Of a stretch of DNA of 64,000 nt, positions 25,246 through 35,940 are shown one piece after another (position 1 is the stretch's first letter; every line of letters starts with the position of its first letter). The notes under the pieces were generated by a model that did not search any database, was not told where the DNA came from, and worked only from the letters and a program-made list of their open reading frames with translations. Both the position numbers and the translations under genes were made by a program. The stretch lies in NCBI GenBank assembly GCA_016201505.1, contig JACQCQ010000002.1, positions 12,750 through 76,749 of the forward strand, read 5' to 3'. This stretch comes from Candidatus Sungiibacteriota bacterium (GTDB lineage Bacteria; Patescibacteriota; Minisyncoccia; Sungbacterales; JACQCQ01).

Positions 25246-26448
25246 ATGCCTATTGAGAAGATCAGCCGAACACAATTTTTGGCGTTGGTGGCTATCGTAG
25301 CCTTTAGCGCCGCCGCGGGCGGCGGGATTTTTGCGTTCAGCTATGTGTTAAAAAATGCCGGGACCTCTCATTCTATTATTGGTTCTATCCCGAGCTTTGC
25401 AAATGATGAAGCCGTGGTTCAGGCGGTGGCCGAGGCCTCACCGGCGGTGGTCTCAATCGTCGAGTCAAAAGATGTTCCCATCATTGAGCAATACGGCGTT
25501 TCTCCGTTTGGCAACGATCCATTTTTCCGGCAATTTTTCGGTGATTTGCAGATTCCGCAGTATCGCCAGAAGGGAACAACAAAGCAAACGGTCGCGAGCG
25601 GCACCGGGTTTATTGTTTCTCAAGACGGCATGATCGTAACCAACAAGCACGTGGTGCCTGATGCCAACGCCGATTACACGGTCTTCATGAATGACGGCAG
25701 TACATTGTCCGCCAAAGTTTTGGCGCGTGATCCAATCGAAGATTTGGCGATTCTGAAAATAAATAAATCCGGCCTCGCCACCTTAAAACTCGGCGACTCG
25801 TCAAGGCTTAAAATCGGCCAGACCGCGATCGCCATTGGCAACTCACTCGGCGAATTTAGCAATACCGTTTCGGTCGGCGTCATCTCGGGACTACGGCGGA
25901 ATGTGACCGCCTATGCTGGGGCTCTCGGGGGCGGCGAAGATTTATCGGAACTCATTCAAACTGACGCCGCGATTAATCCCGGCAATTCAGGCGGACCGCT
26001 GCTGAACATCGAAGGCGAAGTGATCGGCATTAACACCGCGATTGTTGAAGGCGCCGAGAGCATAGGCTTCTCTATTCCCGCGAGTAAAGCCCAACACGAT
26101 ATTGATTCAATCAAGAAATCGGGGAAAATTATTTATCCCTATATGGGAGTTCGCTATGTGTCGTTAAATCGAGATCTAGAGGCGCAAAGCAAACTGCCGA
26201 CTGCCAACGGCGCTTGGCTCTTTGCGGCGGATTCAAGTTCGGCCGTTCTTCCCAGCTCGCCGGCCGAGAAGGCCGGACTTAAAACTGGGGATATCATTAT
26301 CCAAGTCAACAGTGATGAGATTGACGCAAACCATAGTCTCGCCCAGTTGCTGGAAAAATATTCTGCCGGAGATGTGATCGCGCTTTCCTATCTAAGGGAT
26401 GGTGCTCGTAAGACTACGAACCTGACGCTGGTGGAGCGCCCGCAGTGA
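25246..26448 (+). CDS. htrA: HtrA/DegP-family serine protease with PDZ domain
   Basis: TNKHV, DLAILKI, QTDAAINPGNSGGP; C-terminal PDZ. Confidence 0.93.
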   Translation: MPIEKISRTQFLALVAIVAFSAAAGGGIFAFSYVLKNAGTSHSIIGSIPSFANDEAVVQAVAEASPAVVSIVESKDVPIIEQYGVSPFGNDPFFRQFFGDLQIPQYRQKGTTKQTVASGTGFIVSQDGMIVTNKHVVPDANADYTVFMNDGSTLSAKVLARDPIEDLAILKINKSGLATLKLGDSSRLKIGQTAIAIGNSLGEFSNTVSVGVISGLRRNVTAYAGALGGGEDLSELIQTDAAINPGNSGGPLLNIEGEVIGINTAIVEGAESIGFSIPASKAQHDIDSIKKSGKIIYPYMGVRYVSLNRDLEAQSKLPTANGAWLFAADSSSAVLPSSPAEKAGLKTGDIIIQVNSDEIDANHSLAQLLEKYSAGDVIALSYLRDGARKTTNLTLVERPQ

Positions 26449-26760
26449 AACATTGTTCGATTATTCGGCATATAATATATCCAATCAAAACAGTCTCAAA
26501 CTCGAAATGGAAACCCGGGTTGATTCATTGGGGTTATCAGCACCGAAGGCTTAGGTAGCGGTTTTCTTTGATGGTTTGATGAAAGTCAGCCCGGTAGGCT
26601 TGGTTAAAACGCTTTAACTATGGGCGAAATCTGGATTGATTTATCCGATTTTTTAAGCTATAGTCAGACTAGACACTGCCAAACGGCATGCGTTGAGAGA
26701 CCAGAGTAAAAGATTTAAGTTTCTTTTAACCCTCGTTTTTCAATTGCCTGCACAAAACGA

Positions 26761-29442
26761 ATGCAAATGCCGCCGTTCAACAATTTCACCAATAAGGCGC
26801 AGGAAGTCTTAAAGAAATCGCACGATCTGGCGCTTGAGCGCTCGCATCGGGAGGTGGATACCCTGCACGTTTTGACCTCGCTCGTATTGCAAGAGGAGGG
26901 GATTGTTGAAGCTATATTGGAAAAACTGGATATCGATATTTCGCAGCTGGCCGACAAGCTGCTTGAGCTGCTTGACTCGATGCCGCGCGGCGCTTCGATG
27001 TCGGTCATCGGACAGGTGTATTTAACGCCGGATTTGGTGCGCGTCATGGAGCAGGCGCACCGCGAGGCCGGCCAATTAAAAGACGAATTTATTTCAACTG
27101 AACATTTAATGCTGGCCATCGCCGAAATCCCTTCTCGTTCGCGCGACATGTTGTTAAACGCCGGACTGACGAAAGACAATATTTTAAAATCTCTGCAAGA
27201 GTTGCGCGGCAACACGCGGGTTACCGACGCCGAGCCGGAAACAAAATACAACGTCATTGAAAAATACGCGCGCAATTTAACCCGGCTGGCCAAAGCCGAC
27301 AAGCTCGATCCCGTTATCGGCCGCGATGAAGAAATCCGCCGCGTCATGCAGGTGCTTTCACGCCGCACCAAAAATAATCCGGTGCTGATCGGAGAGGCAG
27401 GCGTGGGCAAGACCGCGATCGCCGAAGGACTGGCGCAAAAAATTGTTGCCGGCGAAGTACCGGAGTCACTTAAAGATCGTGAACTGATTTCGCTGGATCT
27501 CGGTTCGCTGGTTGCCGGAACAAAATATCGCGGTGAATTTGAAGACCGGATGAAAGCGATTTTAAAAGAGCTTGAGCGGGCTGACGGAAAATATATTATC
27601 TTTATTGACGAATTACATACGATTGTAGGCGCCGGTGCGGCCGAAGGCGCGATTGACGCCTCGAATATGTTAAAGCCGCCGTTAGCCCGCGGCGAACTGC
27701 ACGCGATTGGCGCGACAACTCTGAAAGAGTACCAAAAATATATCGAACGTGATCCGGCGCTGGCGCGGAGATTTCAGCCGGTTTATGTCGATGAGCCGAC
27801 GATCGAAGAAACAGTGGCTATTTTAAAAGGCTTGAAGCACCGCTATGAAGTCCATCACGGCATTAAGATCACGGACGGGGCCTTGGTCGCGGCCGCCAAT
27901 CTTTCATCGCGCTATATTACCGACCGCTTTCTGCCCGATAAAGCCGTTGACTTGATTGACGAGGCGGCCTCGAGTTTGCGGCTTGAGATTGATTCAACGC
28001 CCAGAAAATTAGAGGAACTGCGGCATGAAATCATGAAGCATGAAATTGAGCGTGAGGGACTCAAAACCGCCAAAGACAAAATTTCGAAAGACCGGCAAAA
28101 AAAGATTGCCAAGGATCTGGAGATGTTAAAAGAAGAATACGCTAAGATCGAAGAGACCTGGAAGAGCGAGAAAGGTTCGATTTCCGAAATCCGCGAATTT
28201 AAAAAGACGCTTGATCAATTGCGCCAAGAATCAGCCTCGGCCGAGCGCGAAGGCGACTTTGGCAAAGTGGCCGAAATTCGCTACGGGCGCATTCCTGAAA
28301 CGGAAAAGAAGCTGCGGTTGGCCGAAACAAAATTGCGCAGACTTCAAACCGCTCGTCAGGTGGTTAAGGAAGAAGTGACTGAAGAAGAGGTTGGGGACGT
28401 CGTCGCGCGCTGGACGGGCATTCCCGTAACCAAGATTTTGGAAGCCGAAGCCGAGAAACTGATTCATATGGAAGAGGCCTTAAAACAGAGAGTCATCGGC
28501 CAGGCTGAAGCGGTGGAAAAAATTGCCAACGCGGTACGAAGATCTCGGGCGGGCATTTCTGATGAAGATCGGCCGATGGGTTCGTTTATCTTTTTGGGCC
28601 CGACGGGTGTCGGCAAGACGGAACTCGCCAAAACCCTCGCCCAATTTCTCTTCAACGATGAGAAGGCTCTCATTCGATTCGACATGTCCGAGTTCATGGA
28701 AAAACACACGGCTTCCAAGTTCTTCGGTTCGCCGCCGGGGTATGTCGGCTATGAAGAGGGCGGCCAGTTGACCGAGATGGTAAAACACCGGCCGTATTCC
28801 GTCGTTCTTTTCGATGAAATTGAAAAAGCCCATCACGATGTGTTTAATGTGCTTCTGCAGATTTTGGATAATGGGCGCCTGACGGATGCCAAGGGCCGCA
28901 CAGTGAACTTCAAAAATACGATTATCATCATGACTTCGAATGTCGGCAGCGAATTCGTGCAAGACTACTCACGACTTGGATTCTTGGGCGGGAGTGAAGA
29001 TACAAAATTAAAAGAAGAAGAGGATGTTCAATCCAAGATTAGGAAGACGCTGGAACGAAATTTTCGGCCGGAATTCTTAAATCGGGTGGATGAGATTATC
29101 TACTTCAAGGCTTTAACGCCCGAGGTTATCCGCGAAATTGTCGACATTCAGTTGTCGCGCGTAGCGCAACGCATGTCGAAAAAAGAAGTGGCACTTGAAT
29201 TCTCGAGTACCCTCCGCGATTATGTGGCGGAAAACGGCTATGACTCAAGGTACGGCGCACGGCCGTTAAAGCGATTCATTGAATCAAAGATTTTAAATCC
29301 CTTGGCTTCTGAAGTTGTCTCATCCCGCATAAATCCGGGGGACTCGATCTTTGTTGATATCCGGGATGGAGAAGTCACCCTCGAGAAATCCGGCATACGG
29401 CTGGCCACGGCGAAAAAACGGAATCTGGCAAAAATTAAGTAA
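26761..29442 (+). CDS. clpB: ATP-dependent disaggregase ClpB
   Basis: Two AAA+ modules ([16 protein letters not shown]) and a long coiled-coil M domain (AEIRYG). Confidence 0.95.
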   Translation: MQMPPFNNFTNKAQEVLKKSHDLALERSHREVDTLHVLTSLVLQEEGIVEAILEKLDIDISQLADKLLELLDSMPRGASMSVIGQVYLTPDLVRVMEQAHREAGQLKDEFISTEHLMLAIAEIPSRSRDMLLNAGLTKDNILKSLQELRGNTRVTDAEPETKYNVIEKYARNLTRLAKADKLDPVIGRDEEIRRVMQVLSRRTKNNPVLIGEAGVGKTAIAEGLAQKIVAGEVPESLKDRELISLDLGSLVAGTKYRGEFEDRMKAILKELERADGKYIIFIDELHTIVGAGAAEGAIDASNMLKPPLARGELHAIGATTLKEYQKYIERDPALARRFQPVYVDEPTIEETVAILKGLKHRYEVHHGIKITDGALVAAANLSSRYITDRFLPDKAVDLIDEAASSLRLEIDSTPRKLEELRHEIMKHEIEREGLKTAKDKISKDRQKKIAKDLEMLKEEYAKIEETWKSEKGSISEIREFKKTLDQLRQESASAEREGDFGKVAEIRYGRIPETEKKLRLAETKLRRLQTARQVVKEEVTEEEVGDVVARWTGIPVTKILEAEAEKLIHMEEALKQRVIGQAEAVEKIANAVRRSRAGISDEDRPMGSFIFLGPTGVGKTELAKTLAQFLFNDEKALIRFDMSEFMEKHTASKFFGSPPGYVGYEEGGQLTEMVKHRPYSVVLFDEIEKAHHDVFNVLLQILDNGRLTDAKGRTVNFKNTIIIMTSNVGSEFVQDYSRLGFLGGSEDTKLKEEEDVQSKIRKTLERNFRPEFLNRVDEIIYFKALTPEVIREIVDIQLSRVAQRMSKKEVALEFSSTLRDYVAENGYDSRYGARPLKRFIESKILNPLASEVVSSRINPGDSIFVDIRDGEVTLEKSGIRLATAKKRNLAKIK

Positions 29443-29444
29443 TA

Positions 29445-29479
29445 AGCAAATAGCAAATAGCAAATAGCAAATAGCAAAT
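29445..29479. repeat. Perfect heptamer tandem (AGCAAAT)x5
   Basis: Read directly from the sequence just after the clpB stop. Confidence 0.95.
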
Positions 29480-29561
29480 AGTTGACAAAAGCGCCGTCAG
29501 GCGCTTTTGTGGTTATACGAGCCTTGATATCCGAAGCGCAGGTAAAAAGTGAGGTGTTTAC

Positions 29562-29834
29562 ATGACCAAGGCCAAGGTTCTTGCGGTAATCGCGCTCTAC
29601 CGCGAGCGATTCGAAAAAGAGGGGATAGGGAAAATCAAGTTGGCTCATGATGCGATTCCCGCCTCGAGTGGTCAGGTACTAGAGCACTGTCACGCCATGC
29701 TCGACCAAATGGTGGAGTTCATGGCAGAAGGTAGGCTGGAGAAGGTCTTCAGATGGCTCGGCTTCATCCAGGGATGTTTCTGGCGAGCGGGTTGGTATAC
29801 CCTGGATGAACTTAAAGACCATAATCGGCCCTGA
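29562..29834 (+). CDS. Hypothetical protein
   Basis: 90 aa; SD GAGGTG; conserved-looking EK.FRWLGFIQG.....G.YTLDELK.HN. Confidence 0.7.
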   Translation: MTKAKVLAVIALYRERFEKEGIGKIKLAHDAIPASSGQVLEHCHAMLDQMVEFMAEGRLEKVFRWLGFIQGCFWRAGWYTLDELKDHNRP

Positions 29835-29934
29835 CCGAGATGGTTTGGTAAATCCCATGAACCAGGGCGGTGCAGAACAGTGCGCCGCTTTAAATTTGCC
29901 GAAAACCAAAATGTCTCATAGACTTGTATGTACT

Positions 29935-30645
29935 ATGGGACAGGGACCTCTTCCAATCGAAACGCGCCGCCAGGTCTATGCCTTTGTCTTATCTCTCTAT
30001 GAGACATTTGAAGCCCTGCCGGAGCGGGGAATATTAGTCCAAGACATTGAGTCTGCTTCAAATCGCATCTTGGGGTATGTAGCCAAATACGCTTTAGCTG
30101 AATCAAAATCCAAAAATCTAAAGGACATCGTGGGCGAGATTAAAGGACTAAGAGCTTTACTTGGTATTGTAAGGGACACGTCGGTTCTGGAACGATACAA
30201 AGCGCGTATCACTTTAGAGGCCTGCTCGAAATTAGAAGAGCTTTTTCTCTCACTTCTATCAGAAGCGGCGGTGGATGAAAAAGAAGCCGAATCACCACCA
30301 GCTCTAAATATGCCGTATGATACCATGAGGGTTATGATCCAAGCCTCTCCGCAGCTCCCGATGAAAACTGAAGATGCCGGTCGGCCCAGAAGTGAAGCAG
30401 ATCCCACGGCCTCTTCGCCGGCTGTTATGCCTTCTCAGCCAAGCGATGATAGGTATCTTTCGGCCCGCCAAGAGGCCATCATGGAGGTTCTGCGTCACCG
30501 GCCGAGAGTCTCGGTGGGGGATCTGGCCAATTTATTTATGAGCCGCGTCTCCCGCAAGACGCTCCAGCGGGATCTTCAGGAGCTGATTGAAAAGAATATT
30601 GTTAAAAAAGAAGGCGACCGTCGCTGGACTCATTATTTCGTATAA
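29935..30645 (+). CDS. Helical-bundle N-terminus plus C-terminal DeoR-type winged HTH DNA-binding protein
   Basis: C-terminal LSARQEAIMEVL...VSRKTLQRDLQELIEKNIVKKEGDRRW; start codon uncertain. Confidence 0.8.
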   Translation: MGQGPLPIETRRQVYAFVLSLYETFEALPERGILVQDIESASNRILGYVAKYALAESKSKNLKDIVGEIKGLRALLGIVRDTSVLERYKARITLEACSKLEELFLSLLSEAAVDEKEAESPPALNMPYDTMRVMIQASPQLPMKTEDAGRPRSEADPTASSPAVMPSQPSDDRYLSARQEAIMEVLRHRPRVSVGDLANLFMSRVSRKTLQRDLQELIEKNIVKKEGDRRWTHYFV

Positions 30646-30651
30646 GCTTCG

Positions 30652-30715
30652 ATAAAGGACAAATTATAAAGGACATGAACCATATGAGTCATGTCCTTTA
30701 TGTTATGTCCCTTAT
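30652..30715. promoter_or_regulatory. Symmetric array of four ATAAAGGACA boxes (candidate operator)
   Basis: Forward boxes at 30652 and 30666, reverse boxes at 30692 and 30706 (one mismatch); 14-bp period in each half. Confidence 0.6.
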
Positions 30716-30981
30716 TGCCGACCTTTTTCTTCCTGCTTTATCTAACTAATAGCGGGTAAGAATCGTCTCATCTATTTTTTGGTTTGATCAGCGGCGCAGG
30801 CATCAAATTTGACGAAAGATATTATTTAGTTTTTAGCACAATTTCGGCTCAAAAGGCGTTGACTTTGGTGTCATACCGGCATACTCTGATATTGGCCCGT
30901 AGGGTTCTTTTTTTACCTCGACGGCTTGGGCTTGGCTAATCTTGGATGAAAGTAGCGGCTAGGCTTATCCCCGTCAATTGG

Positions 30982-31028
30982 TTATCCACACGAGAGAGCT
31001 TGAGCCTGGAAGAGTCGAGCCATATAAT
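30982..31028 (+). promoter_or_regulatory. DnaA box followed by a sigma70-type promoter
   Basis: TTATCCACA 30982-30990; TTGAGC (31000-31005), 17-bp spacer, TATAAT (31023-31028). Confidence 0.6.
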
Positions 31029-31034
31029 AGGAAC

Positions 31035-31659
31035 ATCGCATATGGCCTGAAAGTTTGGCGAAATAAACGAACCGAATTTTTGGTGTCGTTTGTGCGTGTA
31101 AGAAATCAGAGCATGTTCCAGGGATAGTTAAAAAAATCAGGACCGAAAAGTTCAGCGGCTTAAAATTCACTAAGCAACTGAACTTTCCGGTACTGGCAAT
31201 CTCGGAGAGAATTGCGGTTGACGCAAGGAACTTCGGGAGGAGGCGTACGGAAAGAGTGGTTCGACAAGCTCACTATAAACAGTGCGGCATCGAATCAATC
31301 TTGATCAGCTTGAGATTGAGTCATCATACTCGTCCCGAGTGCAGTCGAGGGATTGATCATTCACAACTGAATGATTACGGTCGAAATATTCTTTGCCAGA
31401 AGAATGTAAATTCTTTTTGCAATTGGAGTAAGTATTTTAGTCTAGATTATTCTCAGATGCTCATCTGGTCGGCCTGTCCAAATCTTTTGCCTGACCATCG
31501 GCAAAAGATTTGGACGGGAAGGACGAGCATCATGCAAGAAAAAATATCCATCGGTATACGACCATCGGCTGATACACCTGTCTCTTCGTCGAACAGATAT
31601 CAACTGATGCGCTCGAGGTTTAAAACACCGGCGAGCATTAAAATAGAATTAATCACGAT
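31035..31659 (+). ncRNA. Candidate long structured 5' leader or ncRNA upstream of the S-layer-like gene
   Basis: Multiple long hairpins (31142-31191; 31476-31515 with a 16-bp perfect stem); no credible ORF. Confidence 0.4.
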
Positions 31660-34600
31660 ATGAGTAAAACATTCAAAGCGAGACTGAAAGTGGCCGCCAT
31701 CGCGGTGGCGACAACCGTCTCGATCTCTGGAGCTCTCATCGTTGCCCCGCAATTAGCCAAAGCAGATGCAATCAGCGATCTCATGGCACAAATTGCGGCG
31801 CTTCAGTCACAGATCGCAGCCCTTCAGGGCGGCGGCTCATCTGGCACCGGCACTGGTCTCAATCTGACGACCAATCTTGGCCCTGGCTCGAAAGGAGCAG
31901 CCGTTACTGCATTACAGACTGCATTGAAGACTGATGCGTCAGTCTATCCGGAAGGAATCGTTTCAGGTTTCTATGGGTCACTGACAACGAAAGCGGTACA
32001 GCGCTTCCAAGCGAAGTACGCCATTGTTAGCTCTGGAACACCATCCGCCACTGGATACGGTGCGGTTGGTCCAAAGACACGTGCGAAATTAAATTCAGTA
32101 TATGGAGGTACAGGTGGTACTACGGGTACTGGAACTACGGGTACAACCGCAGTAGGTTCGGGCCTCACGGTTTCATCCGTTACCCAGCCATCAGCTACAC
32201 TCGCCCCCCAAGGTGCCTCACGACTGCCATTTGTTAAGGTTCAATTGAGCGCCTCAAGTGACGGCGATGTGACCGTAAAGAGTCTCACCGTAGCCCGACA
32301 AGGACTTGGCGATGACGCGGTATTCACTGATCTTGCGCTCCTAGATGATAACGGCATGCAGATTGGTTTGACCAAGACCTTCAATGCCAACCACACCTTA
32401 AGTTTTAACTCTCCGTTTACGGTGAAAGCCGGAACGACGAGGACGCTGACGGTAGGAGGCAACATGGCCGCCAGCCTTGCAGCCTACGCGGGTGAAGTCA
32501 TCAATCTGGCGGTTACCGCCGTTGATGCCGGCACTTCCGCAGTTTCCGGATCATTGCCAGTAGCCGGAAACGGCATGACGATCAACGCCAGCCTCACTAT
32601 TGGTGCGGCGACTGTTCAGATCGGCACGACTGATCCGCAAGCTTCTTCGACCGCCAAAAACGTTGGTGACTCGAACTTCATCTTTTCCGCAGTCCGCATG
32701 ACTGCCGGATCGGCTGAAGATCTGACCGTCAAATCAATTCGTTGGGAACAAGTTGGTTCAGTCGGCAGCGCAGACATTGACAACGTAACGGTTGTCGTTG
32801 GCGGAACAAGTTATCCGACGACAAACGACGGCAAATTCTACTGGGCCAGCTTTGGCAGCAGCGGCATTATGGTTCCGAAAGGCAACTCGCTTGAAATTGC
32901 CATTAAGGGTGATTTCGTAAACGGCTCTGGCCGCACGGCGCAGTTCAACATTCGGAAGGCCTACGACATTGTCATGACCGGCAACCTCTTCGGCTACAAC
33001 GTTACGCCGACAGGATCCGGCGGTCACTTCTCGACAGCTGAACCGTTCTTCGGCGGCTATCTGGCCACCGTAAATAACGGTACGTTGCTCGTCCAGAAGG
33101 ATAACACTGTTACTGCAACAAACATTCCGTTGAACACTTCAAACGTTCCGCTGGGATCGTTCCTCTTCACCGCTCGCGGTGAGGCGATTCAGATCACCAG
33201 CCTGCCGATTACTTTCACGGGGTCAACCTCGCCGAATCTGACGGGTGTGGCCATCTACGACAAGAATGGCAACGTCGTTGCGGGTCCAAAGGATCTTGCG
33301 GTAACCGGCGGCCCGACCACGATGACCTTCACTGATACGATTACCGTCCCGACGGGTGATAATGTCTACACCCTCAAGGGTAAACTGGGAACACAGTTCA
33401 ACAACGGTGATACGATTGGTATCAGTATGACGCCGTCTGGCTTCACTGCTCGTGGAACTGTAACGGGTAATACCATTACCCCGACGCCATCGTCGGCAGT
33501 TACGGGTAACACCCAAACCGTCCGCTCCGCCGCGCTCTCCTCTTCTATCGCTTCTACGCCGGTTGTGCAGAATGTGGTGAGAGGTGTCAACGGCTTCAAG
33601 TTCGCGACGATTCAGTATGACGCTTCTAACTCGGGTGAGGACCTGCGCATTACCTCACAGGCTTTGACTGACACGCTGACGAACAGCGCTGTGGCCGGAG
33701 ACCTTACCTCCTGCTTCCTCTACGACGGAACGACAATCTTGAACGATGGTTCTAACGTAGTCAACCCATCGGCGGCCGCCAATACCTTCACCTTCACGAA
33801 CGGCTTAGTCGTTACGAAAGGCACGGTCAAGAACGTGGACCTCAAGTGTAATATCACCTCGAGCGCGGTCTCAAACGGCACGCACTCCTGGGGATTCACT
33901 GCGGCGCAGACAGCCGCTGTTACTGGGTTAACCACCGGTAACACGGTTACCCCCCTACAGTCACTCCAACTTGGACAAGGCATGACCGTCAAGGTTGGTG
34001 GTTCATTCACCATCACTCTTGATACCTCAAGCCCGACTGAACGCTATGGTATTGCCAATTCAACCGGCAATGTCTTGTCAGTCTTCAAGCTCCATGCCGT
34101 AAATGAAGACTTGAGGCTGGATAAGATTCAGCTGTCATTCTCATCCTCGACCGCTTCTACAACCGACATTGTTCAGTTCACCCTCTGGGATGGCGCGACA
34201 CAGGTCGGATCAGGAGTATTCGCCGGATCGAACGTAACAGCCACCACGACCTTGAGCTCAAGCGTCATTATCCCCAAGGATGGTGATAAGCTTCTAACGG
34301 TAAAGGCTGATCTTACGCAGGTTGGCACTTCACAGCCAGGAACGACTGGACACACCATTGCTATTAATATCAATGGTTCCGCCACGACTTCCACGGTGGC
34401 GATTGGCCAATCATCAGGCTCATCCTTCAACTCAGGCACGAGCGCTGACGTGAACGGGAATGGTGTCAGACTGGTGAAATCCTATCCAACACTGGCACTC
34501 CTGCCGCTTCCGACGAACACCTTGTCCAATGGCCAGCAGGCCCTCTACCGCTTCTCGGTAACGGCTCCTGCCGCGGGTGACGTGGGACTCTACAAGTTCA

Positions 34601-35151
34601 CCTTCAACGTCTCCTCATCGACGGTTGCAACGTCATCGTCCTTCTCGGTCTACGGCTACTCTGATTCAGCCTTCTCCGTCCAGGCGTATAACAACAACCC
34701 GTTGAACTCGAATCCAGCGGCTGTCGTTAGTTCATCCACGATGCTCTCGATGAACTCGAAGCTGAACGGACAGTCGGGTAACGCCTCAACAAGTCAGATC
34801 GCAATCTACTTCGATCCGGTCTTGAAGACGCCAACCACGCCAAACCAAGAGGCGATTAACGTCCCGGCTGGTACGACGCGTTACTTTGAGCTCCGAGGCA
34901 CGATCACGGGCGCCATCGCAGGCGATGCGTTTATCGTAAGTCTGCAGGGTGACTCCTCGGCCCCATCGCGCACGTCAACGAACGTCTACGCGTATACTAG
35001 TATCTATGTTGATCAGAACGGCACCGGCAAGTTCATCTGGTCGCCAAACTCAACCTCCACTGCGGCCACAACGACCCAGGATTGGTTGAACGGCTACGAA
35101 CTGCCAGGGCTCCCATCGACCAACATGCAGTCGCAGACCATCTCGAAATAG
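31660..35151 (+). CDS. Large secreted S-layer-like protein with a peptidoglycan-binding domain
   Basis: Signal peptide, coiled coil, PG-binding motif (YPEGIVSGFYG.LT..AV.RFQ...VGPKTRAKLN), then T/S/G-rich beta-sandwich-like repeats. Confidence 0.8.
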   Translation: MSKTFKARLKVAAIAVATTVSISGALIVAPQLAKADAISDLMAQIAALQSQIAALQGGGSSGTGTGLNLTTNLGPGSKGAAVTALQTALKTDASVYPEGIVSGFYGSLTTKAVQRFQAKYAIVSSGTPSATGYGAVGPKTRAKLNSVYGGTGGTTGTGTTGTTAVGSGLTVSSVTQPSATLAPQGASRLPFVKVQLSASSDGDVTVKSLTVARQGLGDDAVFTDLALLDDNGMQIGLTKTFNANHTLSFNSPFTVKAGTTRTLTVGGNMAASLAAYAGEVINLAVTAVDAGTSAVSGSLPVAGNGMTINASLTIGAATVQIGTTDPQASSTAKNVGDSNFIFSAVRMTAGSAEDLTVKSIRWEQVGSVGSADIDNVTVVVGGTSYPTTNDGKFYWASFGSSGIMVPKGNSLEIAIKGDFVNGSGRTAQFNIRKAYDIVMTGNLFGYNVTPTGSGGHFSTAEPFFGGYLATVNNGTLLVQKDNTVTATNIPLNTSNVPLGSFLFTARGEAIQITSLPITFTGSTSPNLTGVAIYDKNGNVVAGPKDLAVTGGPTTMTFTDTITVPTGDNVYTLKGKLGTQFNNGDTIGISMTPSGFTARGTVTGNTITPTPSSAVTGNTQTVRSAALSSSIASTPVVQNVVRGVNGFKFATIQYDASNSGEDLRITSQALTDTLTNSAVAGDLTSCFLYDGTTILNDGSNVVNPSAAANTFTFTNGLVVTKGTVKNVDLKCNITSSAVSNGTHSWGFTAAQTAAVTGLTTGNTVTPLQSLQLGQGMTVKVGGSFTITLDTSSPTERYGIANSTGNVLSVFKLHAVNEDLRLDKIQLSFSSSTASTTDIVQFTLWDGATQVGSGVFAGSNVTATTTLSSSVIIPKDGDKLLTVKADLTQVGTSQPGTTGHTIAININGSATTSTVAIGQSSGSSFNSGTSADVNGNGVRLVKSYPTLALLPLPTNTLSNGQQALYRFSVTAPAAGDVGLYKFTFNVSSSTVATSSSFSVYGYSDSAFSVQAYNNNPLNSNPAAVVSSSTMLSMNSKLNGQSGNASTSQIAIYFDPVLKTPTTPNQEAINVPAGTTRYFELRGTITGAIAGDAFIVSLQGDSSAPSRTSTNVYAYTSIYVDQNGTGKFIWSPNSTSTAATTTQDWLNGYELPGLPSTNMQSQTISK

Positions 35152-35195
35152 TCGAGAGACTGCACCTAAAGAGTTACTTGTGATAACTCGCGACT

Positions 35196-35232
35196 CAAGC
35201 CCCCCGACGTACGTCGGGGGGCTTGGTCGTTT
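35196..35232. terminator. Perfect 30-bp palindrome / terminator
   Basis: caagccccccgacgt|acgtcggggggcttg followed by gtcgtttt. Confidence 0.75.
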
Positions 35233-35385
35233 TCGGCACTCAAACCCCTCTCGATGTGACGTCGAGAAGGATTTTTGTTCATGTGGATAAAAGGGTTATG
35301 TAACCTTGGCGAGTCTTAGCATGTAAGCATATAATAGGAGTGCAGATTTATTACTCATAAGCGCTCGTTTGGCGTAAAAACAAAA

Positions 35386-35922
35386 ATGAATAAACAAACA
35401 AAGGATCTTTTAAAGATGATGACCGTCGCGGGGGTCGCCGTTGTGTTAACTGCAGGCATCTCAGTACTGGCAAGCTCAATCGGCACCAGTTTTTCGGTTG
35501 ATAGCGCCCTAACCGTTACCGGCAACTCAACACTCGGGGCTAACTCTTCAAGCACCTTCACGGTCAATTCGGTTGGTACCATGGCCAACGTCACGATTAC
35601 GAATTCGACAACGACCAACGCTACCACAACCAACGTAACTTCGACTGGGTCAGCTCTATTTACGGGCAATACGACGATTGGAGATGCTGTATCTGATGTT
35701 CTGACCGTAACGGCAACGACAACGCACTCAGCTGGTTTTTATGTAAACACCTCGGGTACCTCGACGATTTATGCAACTTCACAGACTGCGCATAGAGGCG
35801 GATGTATTGAGATGAATGATTCGGAAGGCAACGCCTATCGCATTTGGATCCCAAACACTATTACGGGTGGTGCGACGACGACCGGTGTCGCACTCCATGT
35901 AGAATCAGGAACGTGCCGCTAA
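35386..35922 (+). CDS. Secreted Thr/Ser-rich hypothetical surface protein
   Basis: Signal-like N-terminus, T-rich beta-type repeats, C-terminal GGCIE...GTC. Confidence 0.75.
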   Translation: MNKQTKDLLKMMTVAGVAVVLTAGISVLASSIGTSFSVDSALTVTGNSTLGANSSSTFTVNSVGTMANVTITNSTTTNATTTNVTSTGSALFTGNTTIGDAVSDVLTVTATTTHSAGFYVNTSGTSTIYATSQTAHRGGCIEMNDSEGNAYRIWIPNTITGGATTTGVALHVESGTCR

Positions 35923-35940
35923 TTATCGAATTCGCTTGTC

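Noticed and set aside
26449-26760. CIRCE/CtsR operator or ncRNA before clpB
   Set aside because: No TTAGCACTC-N9-GAGTGCTAA, no CtsR heptad repeats and no convincing structure found.
26715-28962. Long antisense ORFs over clpB, and similar shadow ORFs over other genes
   Set aside because: Typical shadows of codon bias in conserved genes, with no independent motifs.
29935-30300. DGR accessory protein (Avd) or diversity-generating retroelement
   Set aside because: The helical-bundle resemblance is weak, and there is no reverse transcriptase or TR/VR pair in the window.
30960-30995. Replication origin
   Set aside because: Only one perfect and one degenerate DnaA box, and no dnaA or dnaN nearby; more likely promoter-associated.
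31136-31160. SRP RNA-like TCAGGACCGAAAAGTTCAGC
   Set aside because: Resembles the domain IV loop but lacks the paired GG and the AGCAG motif; it pairs better with 31178-31191.
31190-31240. c-di-GMP-I riboswitch-like GGCAA...GACGCAA
   Set aside because: No GNRA tetraloop/receptor arrangement could be identified.
31256-31663. 135-aa ORF upstream of the S-layer gene
   Set aside because: Starts within a REP-like palindrome, runs through hairpins and has no recognisable protein features; probably spurious.
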